This document shows positions 38,401 through 50,689 of a DNA stretch of 64,000 nucleotides, in pieces. The translations under genes and the position numbers were made by a program. This stretch comes from Eledone cirrhosa (taxonomy: Eukaryota). The notes beneath the pieces are model-generated. The model saw only the letters and a list, made by a program, of their open reading frames with translations. It was not told the origin of the DNA and did not search any database. The stretch covers positions 406,162,001-406,226,000 of the forward strand of contig OZ024741.1 in assembly GCA_964016885.1 (NCBI GenBank), written 5' to 3'. Numbering within the stretch: position 1 is the first letter of the stretch; the number at the start of each line of letters is the position of its first letter.

Positions 38401-41314
38401 CGCGTCCTTACCTGCGCGCAAGGCCTACAGAGACCGGATTAGCGAACTAGTTAAGCGGGCGTTGACAGGGGCCATCGTCAACAACAAGTGGTGGTTCGCT
38501 CTGAAAAGAGCAATTAGAATAGAGTCCATTGGGTTTAGTAAGACTTTAGCAATAGAGAAAAATAGAGCAGAGGGAGAATTAGTTAGAAAATTAGATGAGG
38601 CGCTTAGCAAAGGCATCGCGACCGACGTACTTGCGGCGAAATTGGCCCTTGACCAATTCTTCAATGCAAAGCACGAAGGTTGCGTTGTCAGAGCTAGGGT
38701 GCGTGCTCTCAGACACGAGCGAACGAAAGCCGTTCAATGGGCCTGAGTGGCGGAGGCGCGCCGTGGCAACAAAGCCACGATCCGGTCTTTGGTGGACCAC
38801 GACGGGCGCATGCTACTCGATCCCGGGCAAATGTGTGAAGCTTTTCAGTGACACTTCGCTCAACTGTTCGGGGGCAGTGGCGGGCCGGGTCGAGGGATGG
38901 ACTTTAGTGTCTACCTCGACGGACTGCCGCGGCTTTCGGCCACTGAGGCGGAGTGTTGCGAAAAGCCGATAACAACCGCTGAAGTACGGGATGTAATGAC
39001 TAGTTGCACAAGGGGTAAATCGCCTGGTTTGGATGGTCTGCCCTATGAACTTTACGTACAAATGCCAAACTTGTTCGGAGGCCTCTTGGCGGACGTCTAC
39101 TGCAACTGGCAACAGAACGGGAGAATTCCCAGCTCTGTGAGCCGAGGAGCGGTGGCGCTGCTGAGAAAGGATCCGAACAAGGGGGATAACATAGATAATT
39201 TTAGGCCCATAACTCTGCTAAACACAGAGTTCAAGATTTTGGCCAAGGTGCTAGCAAAGAGGTTGGCGCTTGTCGTTGGTGGTCTGGTGGGAGAGGCACA
39301 GACATGCGCCATTCCCGACAGATCCATCCACGACAACCTCCACCTCATGCGATACATCGTAGAGAGGGTAGCTAGGGAACCTGGCACAGGTGGGTCTTTG
39401 ATCAATTTAGATCAGTCGAAAGCCTTCGATAGGGTCGACCATCGTTACCTAGAGGCAGTCCTGAGAGCGGCTGGCTTTGGGCCCGTCTTCAGAGGCTGGA
39501 TCGCTGCCATGCACAGCAACATCTGCTCTGTAGTGAGAGTGAACGGTCACCTTTCGGAACCGTTCAACATCATGCGCCCAGTCCGCCAAGGATGTCCCCT
39601 CTCGTCCCTATTGTACGTATTGACTCTCGAGCCATTACTGCACAAGCTGGAGACGTTGAGGGGGATCCCGCGCGAACTAGGATGTGGAAGATCCGTGTCA
39701 GCATATGCCGACGATGTCACCGTAGTGGTGTCGAACGCCAAACACATCGAGGTGATCGGCACTACACTAAGAGAATACGAAGCGGTGACAGGAGCAATGA
39801 TCAACCAGGAAAAGTCAGTGGGCCTGCAGCTCGGCACCTGGAGAGGCAGGTCCATGCCGTCCAACAGCGTCGTCGGGCGCTGGACGGACGGACCGGTTAA
39901 ATAGCTAGGGGTCTGGTTCGGTCCAGACCTCCAGACGAACAAAAACTGGGACGAGCTGAAGAGCAGGGTGGCTTCTCTCACCCAGAAATGGGCCGAGAGG
40001 AAGCTATCCCTGAAAGGTCGAGCGGAGGTGGCTAACGCGTACATCGCGTCCGTCATCTACTACCGCCTGACCGTCGTACCTTGTCCTAAACCCGCCTGAC
40101 TGCGCTGGAGCGTTTGCTCTTTCGCTTCTTGTGGAAGGGACGCACTCCGATGGTCAGGCGGTCCATCTGCTGTCAACACCCGCTACGTGGAGGGCTGGGC
40201 ATGCCGTGGCTGATGATGCGCAGACACGCGCTCAGGCTACGACATCTCCACCTCTTCCTCGACGGTGATCAGGTGTGGTCGCCGTTTGCTAGACAGGTTT
40301 TTCCCCAGCTCGTCTCCTTGACGGAGCTGCAGTCCTGGGTCAAGCGAAGACCGAGAGGGAGCGCTTGGAGACTGGAATGTCTTCAGGCGCTCACAACCCT
40401 CGACCAATCGGGCAATGTGATCGGTGGAAACTCCACCTCGGCGTTCTATAGGGGATTAGTGGAGGGGAAGAGCGACGACGTACTTGGAGAAACTCTAGGC
40501 GTCGACGAAAATCAACTAGCCAATCTCTTCGGAAGGACTTTCGGGTCGGGGCCTATGGACAACTTCCAGAAATCCCTGGCCTGGCAGTGCTACCGAGGAG
40601 CTTTGCCAGTTCGGGATAAACTCTACAGGCATGGAGGTGCCGTCAGCCGGGCATGTCCGAGATGCGCGCAGGGCGACGAAACCGTCCTGCACGCACTCGT
40701 CCAGTGTCCGAGCATTGCTGACTTGTGGGTTTATGTCGAACACCTGCTGTCACGTGTAGGACAGATCCAGCTATCAGCTGAGTCCATCGTGAGGATTGCC
40801 CCTCCCCCTTCCTTTAGCCGGGAAGGGAAGGCAGTTTTTATCTGTCTGGTGGCCATGGCGAAAGAGATAGTATGGTGGACATGTTTGAAAGGGCTGAAGA
40901 CGAGCACTTAGCTCTTCGGTGATGCCCTGATTAACTTTTTCAAATTTCATTTGAAAAGGAAAATCAGGGTAGAGAGGGAAGTGCTCTCTTCCCAGCATTT
41001 TGTTGAAAGATGGGTGAGAGAATCAAGTATGGCCCGAATGAATGGGCCTTCTCTGAGTATGTGTCTGTAAATTAAAGGTGGAAAACTGGGAGAGGGCACT
41101 TGCCCTGGTGGTCAGGGCCACTGTGGTCTTTTAATGGGCTTTCTCCACAAATGTCCCTCGGAAGTCTCCCCCCCTATTGAGGAATTTTTCTTTGTTATTT
41201 TATTTCAACCTCTGTTTTTTTTACACGCAGAAATGCCCATTTGTACCGTCCTGTATTGTCCTGTACTGTCCTTAATGTCTACTTTATGTGAACCCTTGTG
41301 GTTAATAAAGAAAA

Positions 41315-41315
<1 letters not shown>
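35448..41315 (+). mobile_element. Tx1-clade LINE, ORF1 type A, full length, ORF2 disrupted
   Basis: Same 5' end (ggcgacctacgtag) as 25035 and 51492; ORF1 35792-37627; ORF2 from 37662 with frameshifts and stops; YADD present. Confidence 0.93.
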
Positions 41316-41384
<69 letters not shown>

Positions 41385-41385
<1 letters not shown>

Positions 41386-42960
41386 CTTGAATCTCAGTCA
41401 TTGATGTTGGTTAACTGGAAAGTCCGTTGGAATGAATATCAAGCCACTACCTGCAGCCTCAGATATTCAGGACGTATCGGAGGGTTCTTGCTGTTCCCAG
41501 CAAGCATGCCTTTTGAAGCGTTCCAAAAAGCGTGAAGGGGCCGATTTTCTTTAACCATCCCTGGAAACTTTTGGAGATAGTCCCCAGTGCGCCTATGACA
41601 ATCGGGATCACTTTGACTTCATGGCAGTTCCAAATCCTTTTCACCTCCCACTTTAGGTCCTGGTATCGGTCAATTTTCTCCCTCTCCTTCTCTTGCACTC
41701 TCGTGTCGAAAGGGCAGGCCACATCCACAATCACACACGATCGTTTTTCTTTGTCCACAACCACCAGGTCAGGTCTATTGTGTTCCAGTTTTTTGTCCGT
41801 CTGTATCCTCAAATCCCACAGCACCTTCACCTGATTGTTCTCCATCACCGCCTCTGGCCTATGCTCATACCATTTCTCAGAATGTGGTAAATTGTTTACT
41901 TTGCACAGGTGCCAGTGGATCACCCTGCCCATCACATCGTGTCTCCAGCCCTTATAGTGGGTCTGGGCTAGGTGTTTACACTCGGATACAATGTGAGCCA
42001 CAGTCTCCTCTCTCCACAGATCCTGCACAGTGGGCTAGCCTCCTCCTTGTAGATATGGAGCTTCAACCACTTCGTTTTGAGGGCCTGCTCCTGCGCGGCC
42101 ATTAGCATTCCTTCTGTAGCCTTTTTGAGGTCTCCTCTTCTCAACCAGTTCCATTTCCATGTCTGTGGATCTCTAAATTCAGTTTTCTCAAAGAAGGTAC
42201 TATGAAGGGATTTTCCCTTAAGGCTGCTCTTCCTCCTTGATGTTATTTCCTCCTTGGACATCCCCTGGCCTACTGTCCCCTCCTTCAGTACAGTTCTGAG
42301 CATTGGCTCCTTACTATAGGTCACGTATTTGTATAGGTTGTTTTTCTCCATCTGAACACAGTCCTCTATGCTGATAAGACCTCTTCCACCCTCAGATCTC
42401 CTTAGGTAGAGTCTATCGACATCACTCCTCTTGTGGAACATGTTGTAGATAGTCAATAGCTTCCTAGTCTTCCTATCCATTTCTTTTTGTTCAGCAACAT
42501 TCCATCTCAGAATTCCCGCACTGTACCTAATAATAGACACAGCTCGGGAATTTACTGCGCTTATGGCATTTCTGCTGTTCAGATGTGACTTCAATACGCT
42601 CCTTACTCTCCGAATGTATTCAGTTCTTAACAATTCCTTCATTTTTTTGTTCTTGATGTCATCAGCCTCCAGAACGCCCAAATACTTGTATCCTTCCTCA
42701 GAGTCAATTTCCTTTATCATCTCACCTGTTGGTATCTGGATCCCGTTACTTCTGCTCAACCTACCCCTCTTCATCACAATGACTCCACATTTACCAATAC
42801 CAAACTGCATACATATATCACTGCTGAAAATACGGACAGTGTCAACAAGGACATCCAACTCCTTCTCACTTTTCCCGAAGAGCTTAAGATCGTTCATGAA
42901 GAGGAGGTGATTGATGGTTAGCTCTCCCTTTCCCAACTTGTATCCTGCTCTCACTTTTCG

Positions 42961-42961
<1 letters not shown>
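41385..42961 (-). mobile_element. 5'-truncated R4/Dong-like element, family B
   Basis: INHLLFMNDLKLFGK, YKYLG, GGRGL, CRIC, RHD and RPD motifs; between (TTA)n blocks. Confidence 0.9.
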
Positions 42962-43000
<39 letters not shown>

Positions 43001-43216
43001 GAATGCCATGGTTGACGGAGGCTCGGCTCTGTAAGGTATAGTAATTTTTAACCGTTAAAACAATTGTAAATTGTTTAAAACTTGAACCAAATTGTTGATA
43101 AAGACACCCTCCTCCTCGTGAGAGGGGTCTTTCTGTCCATTATTTGGCCCTTCGGGGTTAAATAACCAGTTATTGGGGTTTTGTACCCAAAATTTCATTT
43201 TAAACAAAAAAACAAC

Positions 43217-45310
43217 ATGGCTACGAAAAAGAAATTTCATACGTCACTCCCACTCATTCCGTCTTCTTCTTCCTCAATCATCACTACAGCAGAGAGAAGA
43301 TTGTCTCTCTCCCTCCCTTCTTTAAATGTGTCTCTCTCCCTCCCTTCTCTTTCGCAAGTGACGAAAGAAAAGAAAAGTCTCGTGCAAAGCGTGCAAGGTT
43401 TCTCCACGACGACGACGACAGCGACGAAACAGGTGTGCGGGAAATACGAAAACCCAGTTCATTCGTCTGACGTCAGGAATAATAGCAGTAGCAGCCGTAA
43501 TAACAACAGCAACAGTGACAATGAAAACAACAGTAGCAGCCGCAACAGCATCACCAGCAGCATAAACAACAACAGCATTAGCAGCAGCAACACCAACAAC
43601 AACCACAGCAACAGCGGCGGAGGCAGTAGTCGTAGTACCTGCAGCAACAAAAGTACCAGCAGCTCTGACGACAACAACAACAGCAGAGAAAAACCAATCT
43701 CATTTGCAGGTATTGCGAAAAACTTGGAAACAATCCTCATAACAAATGAGGAATTAGAGGAAGCGAAGAAGATGGTGACAAAGAACGGACACCGAGCAAT
43801 CTGCAAGGCAGCGAAAAATTTTTTCGAAACCCAAGAGCACTGTACGGTCACGTACCGTACAGTAAGTACAAAATCCCGTAGGGTGGAAAGAGCCACAGAG
43901 GCCCAAATACAAAAAGCCTTGGGGTCTGTGTGGCAGAGGAAAACGCACATCACCCGAGGCAAAAAATACGCCACCGTAGACGTACTTTTTGCCACACCCC
44001 AGGAGGCAAAGGCCCAATCAGCAGTGACCCTAAGGAGCGAGGAAATGGTGTTGGTGCCCTCCTACTGCGGGCAAAAAATTGTGAGGGTCAAACTGACCCA
44101 CGTCCCCCCCGGAATGACCCCTTCTTGGCTGGCCGCGTCTGTCCTCGTCGGAATCGAGGACAAAACAACTGTACTGCAAGTACAGAAAAAAGTAAGAGAA
44201 GATTGGGTCGGCTCCTCCATTGAGATGCTAATCCAAACCAACCAGGAGTGCATCGAAGCTATCCCGGATGTGATAGACTTCGATAACGGCACTCAACTGC
44301 CCATAAGTGTTGAGGGCAAACGCCCGAAATGCTTTCGCTGTGGATCGAAGACTCACCTCAGGGCCTTCTGCAACGAGAAGACCCTGAGAAAGGAGAAAAC
44401 CCCCCTCCTTCCGAATCCGGCTCCACGGCTACCAGCAACAGGACAAGCGGCAACCAGGAACGATAGGTCCGTGGCACCCATACCCACTCCACGGAAATCA
44501 AAGACAGCAGCAGCAGTGGAAATATTAACAACAACAACAGCAATACCAAATGCAGCTGCAACAGAGACTCCAGTGCAAACATCACCAACAACAACAAGTG
44601 AAAGAGTGGAGCTGGTACCCCTCCCCGACCTTACAGAATCAGACATGGAGTGTGAGGTGGGAGAGGGATGGCAAAAGGTCGCAAGAAGGCACAAACGCAG
44701 AAGCAGCGCATCGTCGCCTTTGAAAAGGGAGGAAAGAAATGAGAAAAGGGTAAAGTCTACTGCAAAGAGACCCACAGCAGCAACACCACCAACACCATCA
44801 CCACCCACACCAGCACCACCATCACCACCGGCGACAACCCCACCGCCAACAACACCTTCAACACCACCACCACAAGCACCAACATCGCAAACACAACAAC
44901 AAAACACACACACCCAGCAACAACGACAAGAAAATAGCAGAACCACACCCCACCCCCAGAAAAACAAATGCACGGCAATAAACACACACAACAAGAAACT
45001 AATGACTTACATAATTGAACACACAGACATTTCACAACAGGACTACATAATACCAGCACCAATCAAAACGCCAACTAACATAAGACTGCTAAAAATAGCA
45101 CAGAAACAATACACAAACATTAAAACGAAATTCCCCAACGCAGTTGGTGATTTCAGGGACCTAGGAGGAACCATCAATCGAAGAGTATATTCAGACATTC
45201 TCTTAGAAGAGCCGACGACCAGCCGAAGGGACGATTCAACGGTCCCTTCACCAGACGACCAAGTGAAAAGGGATGTAAAAACCATCCCTCCTCTACCAAA
45301 AGTACGGTAA
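43217..45310 (+). CDS. Tx1 ORF1p (type B), nucleic-acid-binding protein with CCHC knuckle
   Basis: Open from ATG 43217; CFRCGSKTHLRAFC; Ser/Asn-rich and Pro/Thr-rich low-complexity segments. Confidence 0.85.
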   Translation: MATKKKFHTSLPLIPSSSSSIITTAERRLSLSLPSLNVSLSLPSLSQVTKEKKSLVQSVQGFSTTTTTATKQVCGKYENPVHSSDVRNNSSSSRNNNSNSDNENNSSSRNSITSSINNNSISSSNTNNNHSNSGGGSSRSTCSNKSTSSSDDNNNSREKPISFAGIAKNLETILITNEELEEAKKMVTKNGHRAICKAAKNFFETQEHCTVTYRTVSTKSRRVERATEAQIQKALGSVWQRKTHITRGKKYATVDVLFATPQEAKAQSAVTLRSEEMVLVPSYCGQKIVRVKLTHVPPGMTPSWLAASVLVGIEDKTTVLQVQKKVREDWVGSSIEMLIQTNQECIEAIPDVIDFDNGTQLPISVEGKRPKCFRCGSKTHLRAFCNEKTLRKEKTPLLPNPAPRLPATGQAATRNDRSVAPIPTPRKSKTAAAVEILTTTTAIPNAAATETPVQTSPTTTSERVELVPLPDLTESDMECEVGEGWQKVARRHKRRSSASSPLKREERNEKRVKSTAKRPTAATPPTPSPPTPAPPSPPATTPPPTTPSTPPPQAPTSQTQQQNTHTQQQRQENSRTTPHPQKNKCTAINTHNKKLMTYIIEHTDISQQDYIIPAPIKTPTNIRLLKIAQKQYTNIKTKFPNAVGDFRDLGGTINRRVYSDILLEEPTTSRRDDSTVPSPDDQVKRDVKTIPPLPKVR

Positions 45311-45344
45311 GTGGTCTTTCCCATCTTTTCCACTCTATTTAAAC

Positions 45345-48300
45345 ATGACCTCACTCAGAATAGGCAGCATAAATGCGCGTGGCTTGGGGTCGTCATGGAA
45401 GCAGGGTCACCTGCTCAACGACCTCAGGTCACTAAACATAGATGTAGTGGCCATCAGCGAGACCAGAATCTCCGAAGCACGGGCCTTCGCACCGATCTTC
45501 GGCGGCTACGATGTGTACGCATCTCCCAGCCGTCCTGGATCGGGTGGAGGAGTTGCTGTGCTTTTTCGGAGAGGTTTGGATCTCGCCATACGGGCCATCT
45601 TCCTGGACCCAGAGGGTAAGCTGGTGGTGCTGGACGTGACCAGCGGAGACGGGCAAGCTTTCAGGCTAGTGGCCGTCTATGCCCCGACAGGAGCAGGGCG
45701 GCCTGATTTCTTCCGGCGTCTGGAGACCTTTCTTGGAACGTCCCGCTCTTTAGTGTTAGTGGGCGACTGGAACGGGATCTTAGATGCACGCTGGGACTGT
45801 GTGGGATTAGCGGATAGGGGTGGAGGGTGCAAGAGCCTCACCAACCTGCTCAGGCGTTTTGAACTGTCTGACAGGTACCGATTGGATTTCCCGAATGTGC
45901 CAATGTGGACTTGGACAAACCGCATAGGGTCATCCAGATCATATCTAGATAGAGTATTTTGTAGGGAAATAGATAGGTCTAGCATAGGCTGTCCACAATT
46001 CAAGATAGTCAGCTACACGGACCACAAATTCGTGATCTGTGTGCTTGACTTAGATAGGCTTCATAGACGAGGACCCGGCTACTGGAAGCTAAACGCGTCC
46101 TTACCAGCGCGCAAGGCCTACAGAGACCGGATTAGCGAACTAGTTAAGCGGGCGTTGACGGGGGCCATCGTCAACAACAAGTGGTGGTTTGCTCTGAAAA
46201 GAGCGATTAGAATAGAATCGATTAGGTTTAGTAAGGCTTTAGCAATAGAGAAAAATAGAGCAGAGGGAGAACTAGTTAGAAAATTAGACGAGGCGCTTAG
46301 CAAAGGCATTGCGACCGACGTGCTTGCGGCGAAATTGGCCCTTGACCAATTCTTCAATGCAAAGCACGAAGGCTGCGTTGTCAGAGCTAGGGTGCGTGCT
46401 CTCAGACACGAGGGGACGAAAGCCGTTCAATGGGCCCGAGTGGCGGAGGCGCGTCGTGGCAACAAAGCCACGATCCGGTCTTTGGTGGACCACGACGGGC
46501 GCATGCTACTCGATCCCGGGCAAATGTGTGAAGCTTTTCAGCGACACTTCGCTCAGCTGTTCGGGGGAAGCGGGGGGCCGGGTAGAGGGATGGACTTTAG
46601 TGTCTACCTCGACGGACTGCCGCGGCTCTCGGCCACTGAGGCGAAGTGTTGCGAAAAGCCGATAACAGCCGCTGAAGTACGGGAGGCAATGACTGGCTGC
46701 ACAAGGGGTAAATCGCCTGGTTTGGATGGTCTGCCCTATGAACTTTACGTACAGAGGCCAGACTTGTTCGGAGGCCTCTTGGCGGACGTCTACTGCAACT
46801 GGCAACAGAACGGGAGAATTCCCAGTTCTGTGAGCCGAGGAGCGGTGGCACTGCTGAGAAAGGATCCGAACAAGGGGGATAACATAGACAATTTCCGGCC
46901 CATAACTCTGCTAAACACAGAGTTTAAGATTTTGGCCAAGGTGCTAGCAAAGAGGTTGGCGCTTGTCGTTGGTGGTCTGGTGGGAGAGGCGCAGACATGC
47001 GCCATTCCCGACAGATCCATCCACGACAACCTCCACCTCATGCGATACATCGTAGAGAGGGTAGCTAGGGAACCTGGCACGGGTGGGTCCTTGATCAATT
47101 TAGATCAGTCGAAAGCTTTCGATAGGGTCGACCATCGTTACCTAGCGGCAGTCCTGAGGGCGGCTGGCTTTGGGCCCGTCTTCAGAGGCTGGATCGCTGC
47201 CATGCACAGCGACATCTGCTCTGTGGTGAGAGTGAACGGTCACCTGTCGGAACCGTTCAACATCATGCGCTCGGTCCGCCAAGGATGTCCCCTCTCGTCC
47301 CTCTTGTACGTATTGACTCTCGAGCCATTACTGCACAAACTGGAGACGTTGAGGGGAGTCCCGCGCGAACTAGGATGCGAAAGATCCGTGTCAGCATATG
47401 CGGACGATGTCACCGTAGTGGTGTCGAACGCCAAACACATCGAGGCGATCGGCACTACACTAAGAGAATACGAAGCGGTGACAGGAGCAATGATCAACCA
47501 GGAAAAGTCAGTGGGCCTGCAGCTCGGCACCTGGAGAGGCAGGTCCATGCCGTCCAACAGCGTCGTCGGGCGCTGGACGGACGGACCGGTTAAATTGCTA
47601 GGGGTCTGGTTCGGTCCGGACCTCCAGACGGACAAAAACTGGGACGAGGTGACGAGCAGGGTGGCTTCTCTCACCCAGAAATGGGCGGAGAGGAAGCTAT
47701 CCTTGAAAGGTCGAGCGGAGGTGGCTAACGCGTACATCGCGTCTGTCATCTGCTACCGCCTAACCGTCGTACCTTGTCCTAAGCCTCGCCTGACTGCGCT
47801 GGAGCGTTTGCTCTTTCGCTTTTTGTGGAAGGGACGTGCTCCGATGGTCAGGCGGTCCATCTGTTGTCAACACCCGCTACGTGGAGGGCTGGGCATGCCG
47901 TGGCTGATGATGCGCAGGCACGCGCTCAGGCTACGACATCTCCACCTCTTCCTCGACGGTGATCAGGTGTGGTCGCCGTTTGCTAGACGCGTTTTTCCCC
48001 AGCTCGTTTCCTTGACGGAGCTGCAGTCCTGGGTCAAGCGAAGACCGAGAGGGAGCGCCTGGAGACTGGAATGTCTTCAGGCGCTCACAGCCCTCGACCA
48101 ATCGGGCAATGTGATCGGTGGAAACTCCACCTCGGCGTTCTATAGAGGATTAGTGGAGGGGAAGAGCGACGACGTACTTGGGGAAACTCTAGGCGTCGAC
48201 GAAAATCAACTAGCCAATCTCTTCGGAAGAACTTTCGGGCCAGGGCCTATGGACAACTTCCAGAAATCTCTGGCCTGGCAGTGCTACCGAGGAGCCTTGC

Positions 48301-48698
48301 CAGTTCGGGATAAACTCTACAGGCATGGAGGTGCCGTCAGCCGGGCATGTCCGAGATGCGCGCAGGGCGACGAAACCGTCCTGCACGCACTCGTCCAGTG
48401 TCCGAAAATTGCTGACTTGTGGGTTTATGTCGAACACCTGCTGTCGCGTTTAGGACGGATCCAGCTATCATCTGAGTCTATCGTGAGGATTGCCCCGCCC
48501 TCCTCCTTTAGCCGGGAAGGGGAGGCAGTTTTTATCTGTCTGGTGGCCATGGCGAAAGAGATAGTATGGTGGACACGTTTGAAAGGGCTGAAGACGAGCA
48601 CTTACCTCTTCGGTGATGCTCTGATTGACTTTTTCAAATTTCATTTGAAAAGGAAAATCAGAGTAGAGAAGGAAGTGCTCTTCCCAGCATTTTGTTGA
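45345..48698 (+). CDS. Tx1 ORF2p: APE endonuclease, reverse transcriptase and C-terminal zinc finger
   Basis: SINARG, SET, GDWN, YLDR, TDH; DQSKAFD, QGCPLS, YADD; CPRC..ETVLHALVQC. A 2-bp loss in ctctct at ~48680 alters only the last ~20 aa. Confidence 0.93.
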   Translation: MTSLRIGSINARGLGSSWKQGHLLNDLRSLNIDVVAISETRISEARAFAPIFGGYDVYASPSRPGSGGGVAVLFRRGLDLAIRAIFLDPEGKLVVLDVTSGDGQAFRLVAVYAPTGAGRPDFFRRLETFLGTSRSLVLVGDWNGILDARWDCVGLADRGGGCKSLTNLLRRFELSDRYRLDFPNVPMWTWTNRIGSSRSYLDRVFCREIDRSSIGCPQFKIVSYTDHKFVICVLDLDRLHRRGPGYWKLNASLPARKAYRDRISELVKRALTGAIVNNKWWFALKRAIRIESIRFSKALAIEKNRAEGELVRKLDEALSKGIATDVLAAKLALDQFFNAKHEGCVVRARVRALRHEGTKAVQWARVAEARRGNKATIRSLVDHDGRMLLDPGQMCEAFQRHFAQLFGGSGGPGRGMDFSVYLDGLPRLSATEAKCCEKPITAAEVREAMTGCTRGKSPGLDGLPYELYVQRPDLFGGLLADVYCNWQQNGRIPSSVSRGAVALLRKDPNKGDNIDNFRPITLLNTEFKILAKVLAKRLALVVGGLVGEAQTCAIPDRSIHDNLHLMRYIVERVAREPGTGGSLINLDQSKAFDRVDHRYLAAVLRAAGFGPVFRGWIAAMHSDICSVVRVNGHLSEPFNIMRSVRQGCPLSSLLYVLTLEPLLHKLETLRGVPRELGCERSVSAYADDVTVVVSNAKHIEAIGTTLREYEAVTGAMINQEKSVGLQLGTWRGRSMPSNSVVGRWTDGPVKLLGVWFGPDLQTDKNWDEVTSRVASLTQKWAERKLSLKGRAEVANAYIASVICYRLTVVPCPKPRLTALERLLFRFLWKGRAPMVRRSICCQHPLRGGLGMPWLMMRRHALRLRHLHLFLDGDQVWSPFARRVFPQLVSLTELQSWVKRRPRGSAWRLECLQALTALDQSGNVIGGNSTSAFYRGLVEGKSDDVLGETLGVDENQLANLFGRTFGPGPMDNFQKSLAWQCYRGALPVRDKLYRHGGAVSRACPRCAQGDETVLHALVQCPKIADLWVYVEHLLSRLGRIQLSSESIVRIAPPSSFSREGEAVFICLVAMAKEIVWWTRLKGLKTSTYLFGDALIDFFKFHLKRKIRVEKEVLFPAFC

Positions 48699-49023
48699 AA
48701 GATGGGTGAGAGAAGCAAGAATGGCCCGAGTGAATGGGCCGACTCTGAGTATATATCTGTAAACTAAAGGTGGAAAACTGGGAGAGGGCACTTGCCTTGG
48801 TGGTCAGGGTCATTGTGGCTTTTTACTGGGCTTTCTCCACAAATGTCCCTCCGAAGTCTCCCCCCTATTGGGGAATTTTTCATTGTTATTTTCATTGTTA
48901 TTTTTGTTACATCCTCTGTTTTTGTTTTTTTTACACGCAGAAATGCCCATTTGTACCGTCCTGCATTGTCCTGCACTGTCCTTAATGTCTACTTTATGTA
49001 AACCCTTGTGGTTAATAAAGAAA

Positions 49024-49070
<47 letters not shown>

Positions 49071-49077
49071 GTTATTA

Positions 49078-50481
49078 CTCCTTGAGTCTCAGTCATTGAT
49101 GTTAGTTAACTGGAAAGTTTGTTGGAATGAATATCAAGCCACTACCTGCAGCCTCAGATATTCAGGACGTATCGGAGGGTTCTTGCTGTTCTCAGCAAGC
49201 ATGCCTTTTGAAGCGTTCCAAAAAGCGTGAAGGGGCCGATTTTCTTTAACCATCCCTGGAAACTTTTGGAGATAGTCCCCAGTGCGCCTATGACAATCGG
49301 GATCACTTTGACTTCATGGCAGTTCCAAATCCTTTTTACCTCCCACTTTAAGTCCTGGTATCGGTTAATTTTCTCCCTCTCCTTCTCTTGCACTCTCGTG
49401 TCGAATGGGCAGGCCACATCCACAATCAGACACGATCTTTTTTCTTTGTCCACAACCACCAGGTCAGGTCTATTGTGTTCCAGTTTCTTGTCCCTCTGTA
49501 TCCTAAAATCCCACAGCACCTTCACCTGATCGTTCTCCATCACCGCCTCAGGCTTATGCTCATACCATTTCTCAGAATGTGGTAAATTGTTTACTTTGCA
49601 CAGGTGCCAGTGGATCACCCTGCCCATCACATCGTGTCTCCAGCCCTTATAGTGGGTCTGGGCTAGGTGTTTACACTCGGATACAATGTGAGCCACAGTC
49701 TCCTCTCTCTCTCCACAGATCCTGCACAGTGGGCTAGCCTCCTCCTTGTAAATATGGTGTTTCAACCACTTCGTTTTGAGGGCCTGCTCCTGCGCAGCCA
49801 TTAACATTCCTTCTGTAGCCTTTTTAAGGTCTCCTCTTTTCAACCAGTTCCATGTCAGTGGATCTCTAAATTCAGTTTTCTCAAAGAAGGTACTATGAAG
49901 GGATTTTTCCTGAAGGCTGCTCTTTCTCCTTGATGTTATTTCCTCCTTGGACATCCCCTGGCCTATTGTCCCATCCTTCAGTACAGTTCTGAGCATTGGC
50001 TCCTTACTATCAGTCACGTATTTGTGTAGGTTGTTTTTCTCCATCTGAACACAGTCCTCTATGCTGATAAGACCTCTTCCACCCTCAGATCTCCTTAGGT
50101 AGAGTCTATCGACATCACTCCTCTTGTGGAACATGTTGTAGATAGTCAATAGCTTCCTAGTCTTCCTATCCATTTCTTTTTGTTCAGCAACATTCCATCT
50201 CAGAATTCCCGCACTGTACCTAATAATAGACACAGCTCGGGAATTTACTGCGCTTATGGCATTTCTGCTGTTCAGATGTGACTTCAATACGCTCCTTACT
50301 CTCCGAATGTATTCAGTTCTTAACAATTCCTTCATTTTTTTGTTCTTTACGCCATCAGCCTCCAGAACGCCCAAATACTTGTATCCTTCCTCAGAGTCAA
50401 TTTCCTTTATCATCTCACCTGTTGGTATCTGGATTCCGTTACTTCTGCTCAACCTACCCCTCCTCATCACAATGACTCCAC
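49078..50481 (-). mobile_element. 5'-truncated R4/Dong-like element, family B
   Basis: Open frame from ~50480 to the stop at 49154 with CRICGEREETVAHIVSEC, RHD and RPD motifs. Confidence 0.9.
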
Positions 50482-50689
50482 GTATTTGTGTTATTATTTC
50501 TTTGAAAAATTCAAAAGGAAAATTAATTTGAATCAAGCAAATTTTGTTTTATGAAAATACATTTAATATGTCCAGGGTAGTTTTCTGCTTTGATGGTGTA
50601 TAATAAAGTATAATTTATTTGATAAAATCAGTACTTTGAATGTCTGTGGAAAGAATTGCGGGACAGATTTTACAGGTAAAAACTATTTG

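Larger units (their letters stand above)
43001..49025 (+). mobile_element. Tx1-clade LINE, ORF1 type B, full length and nearly intact
   Basis: Distinct 5' end gaatgccatggttgacgg after (TTA)n; two long ORFs; 3'UTR with AATAAA before (TTA)n. Confidence 0.95.
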
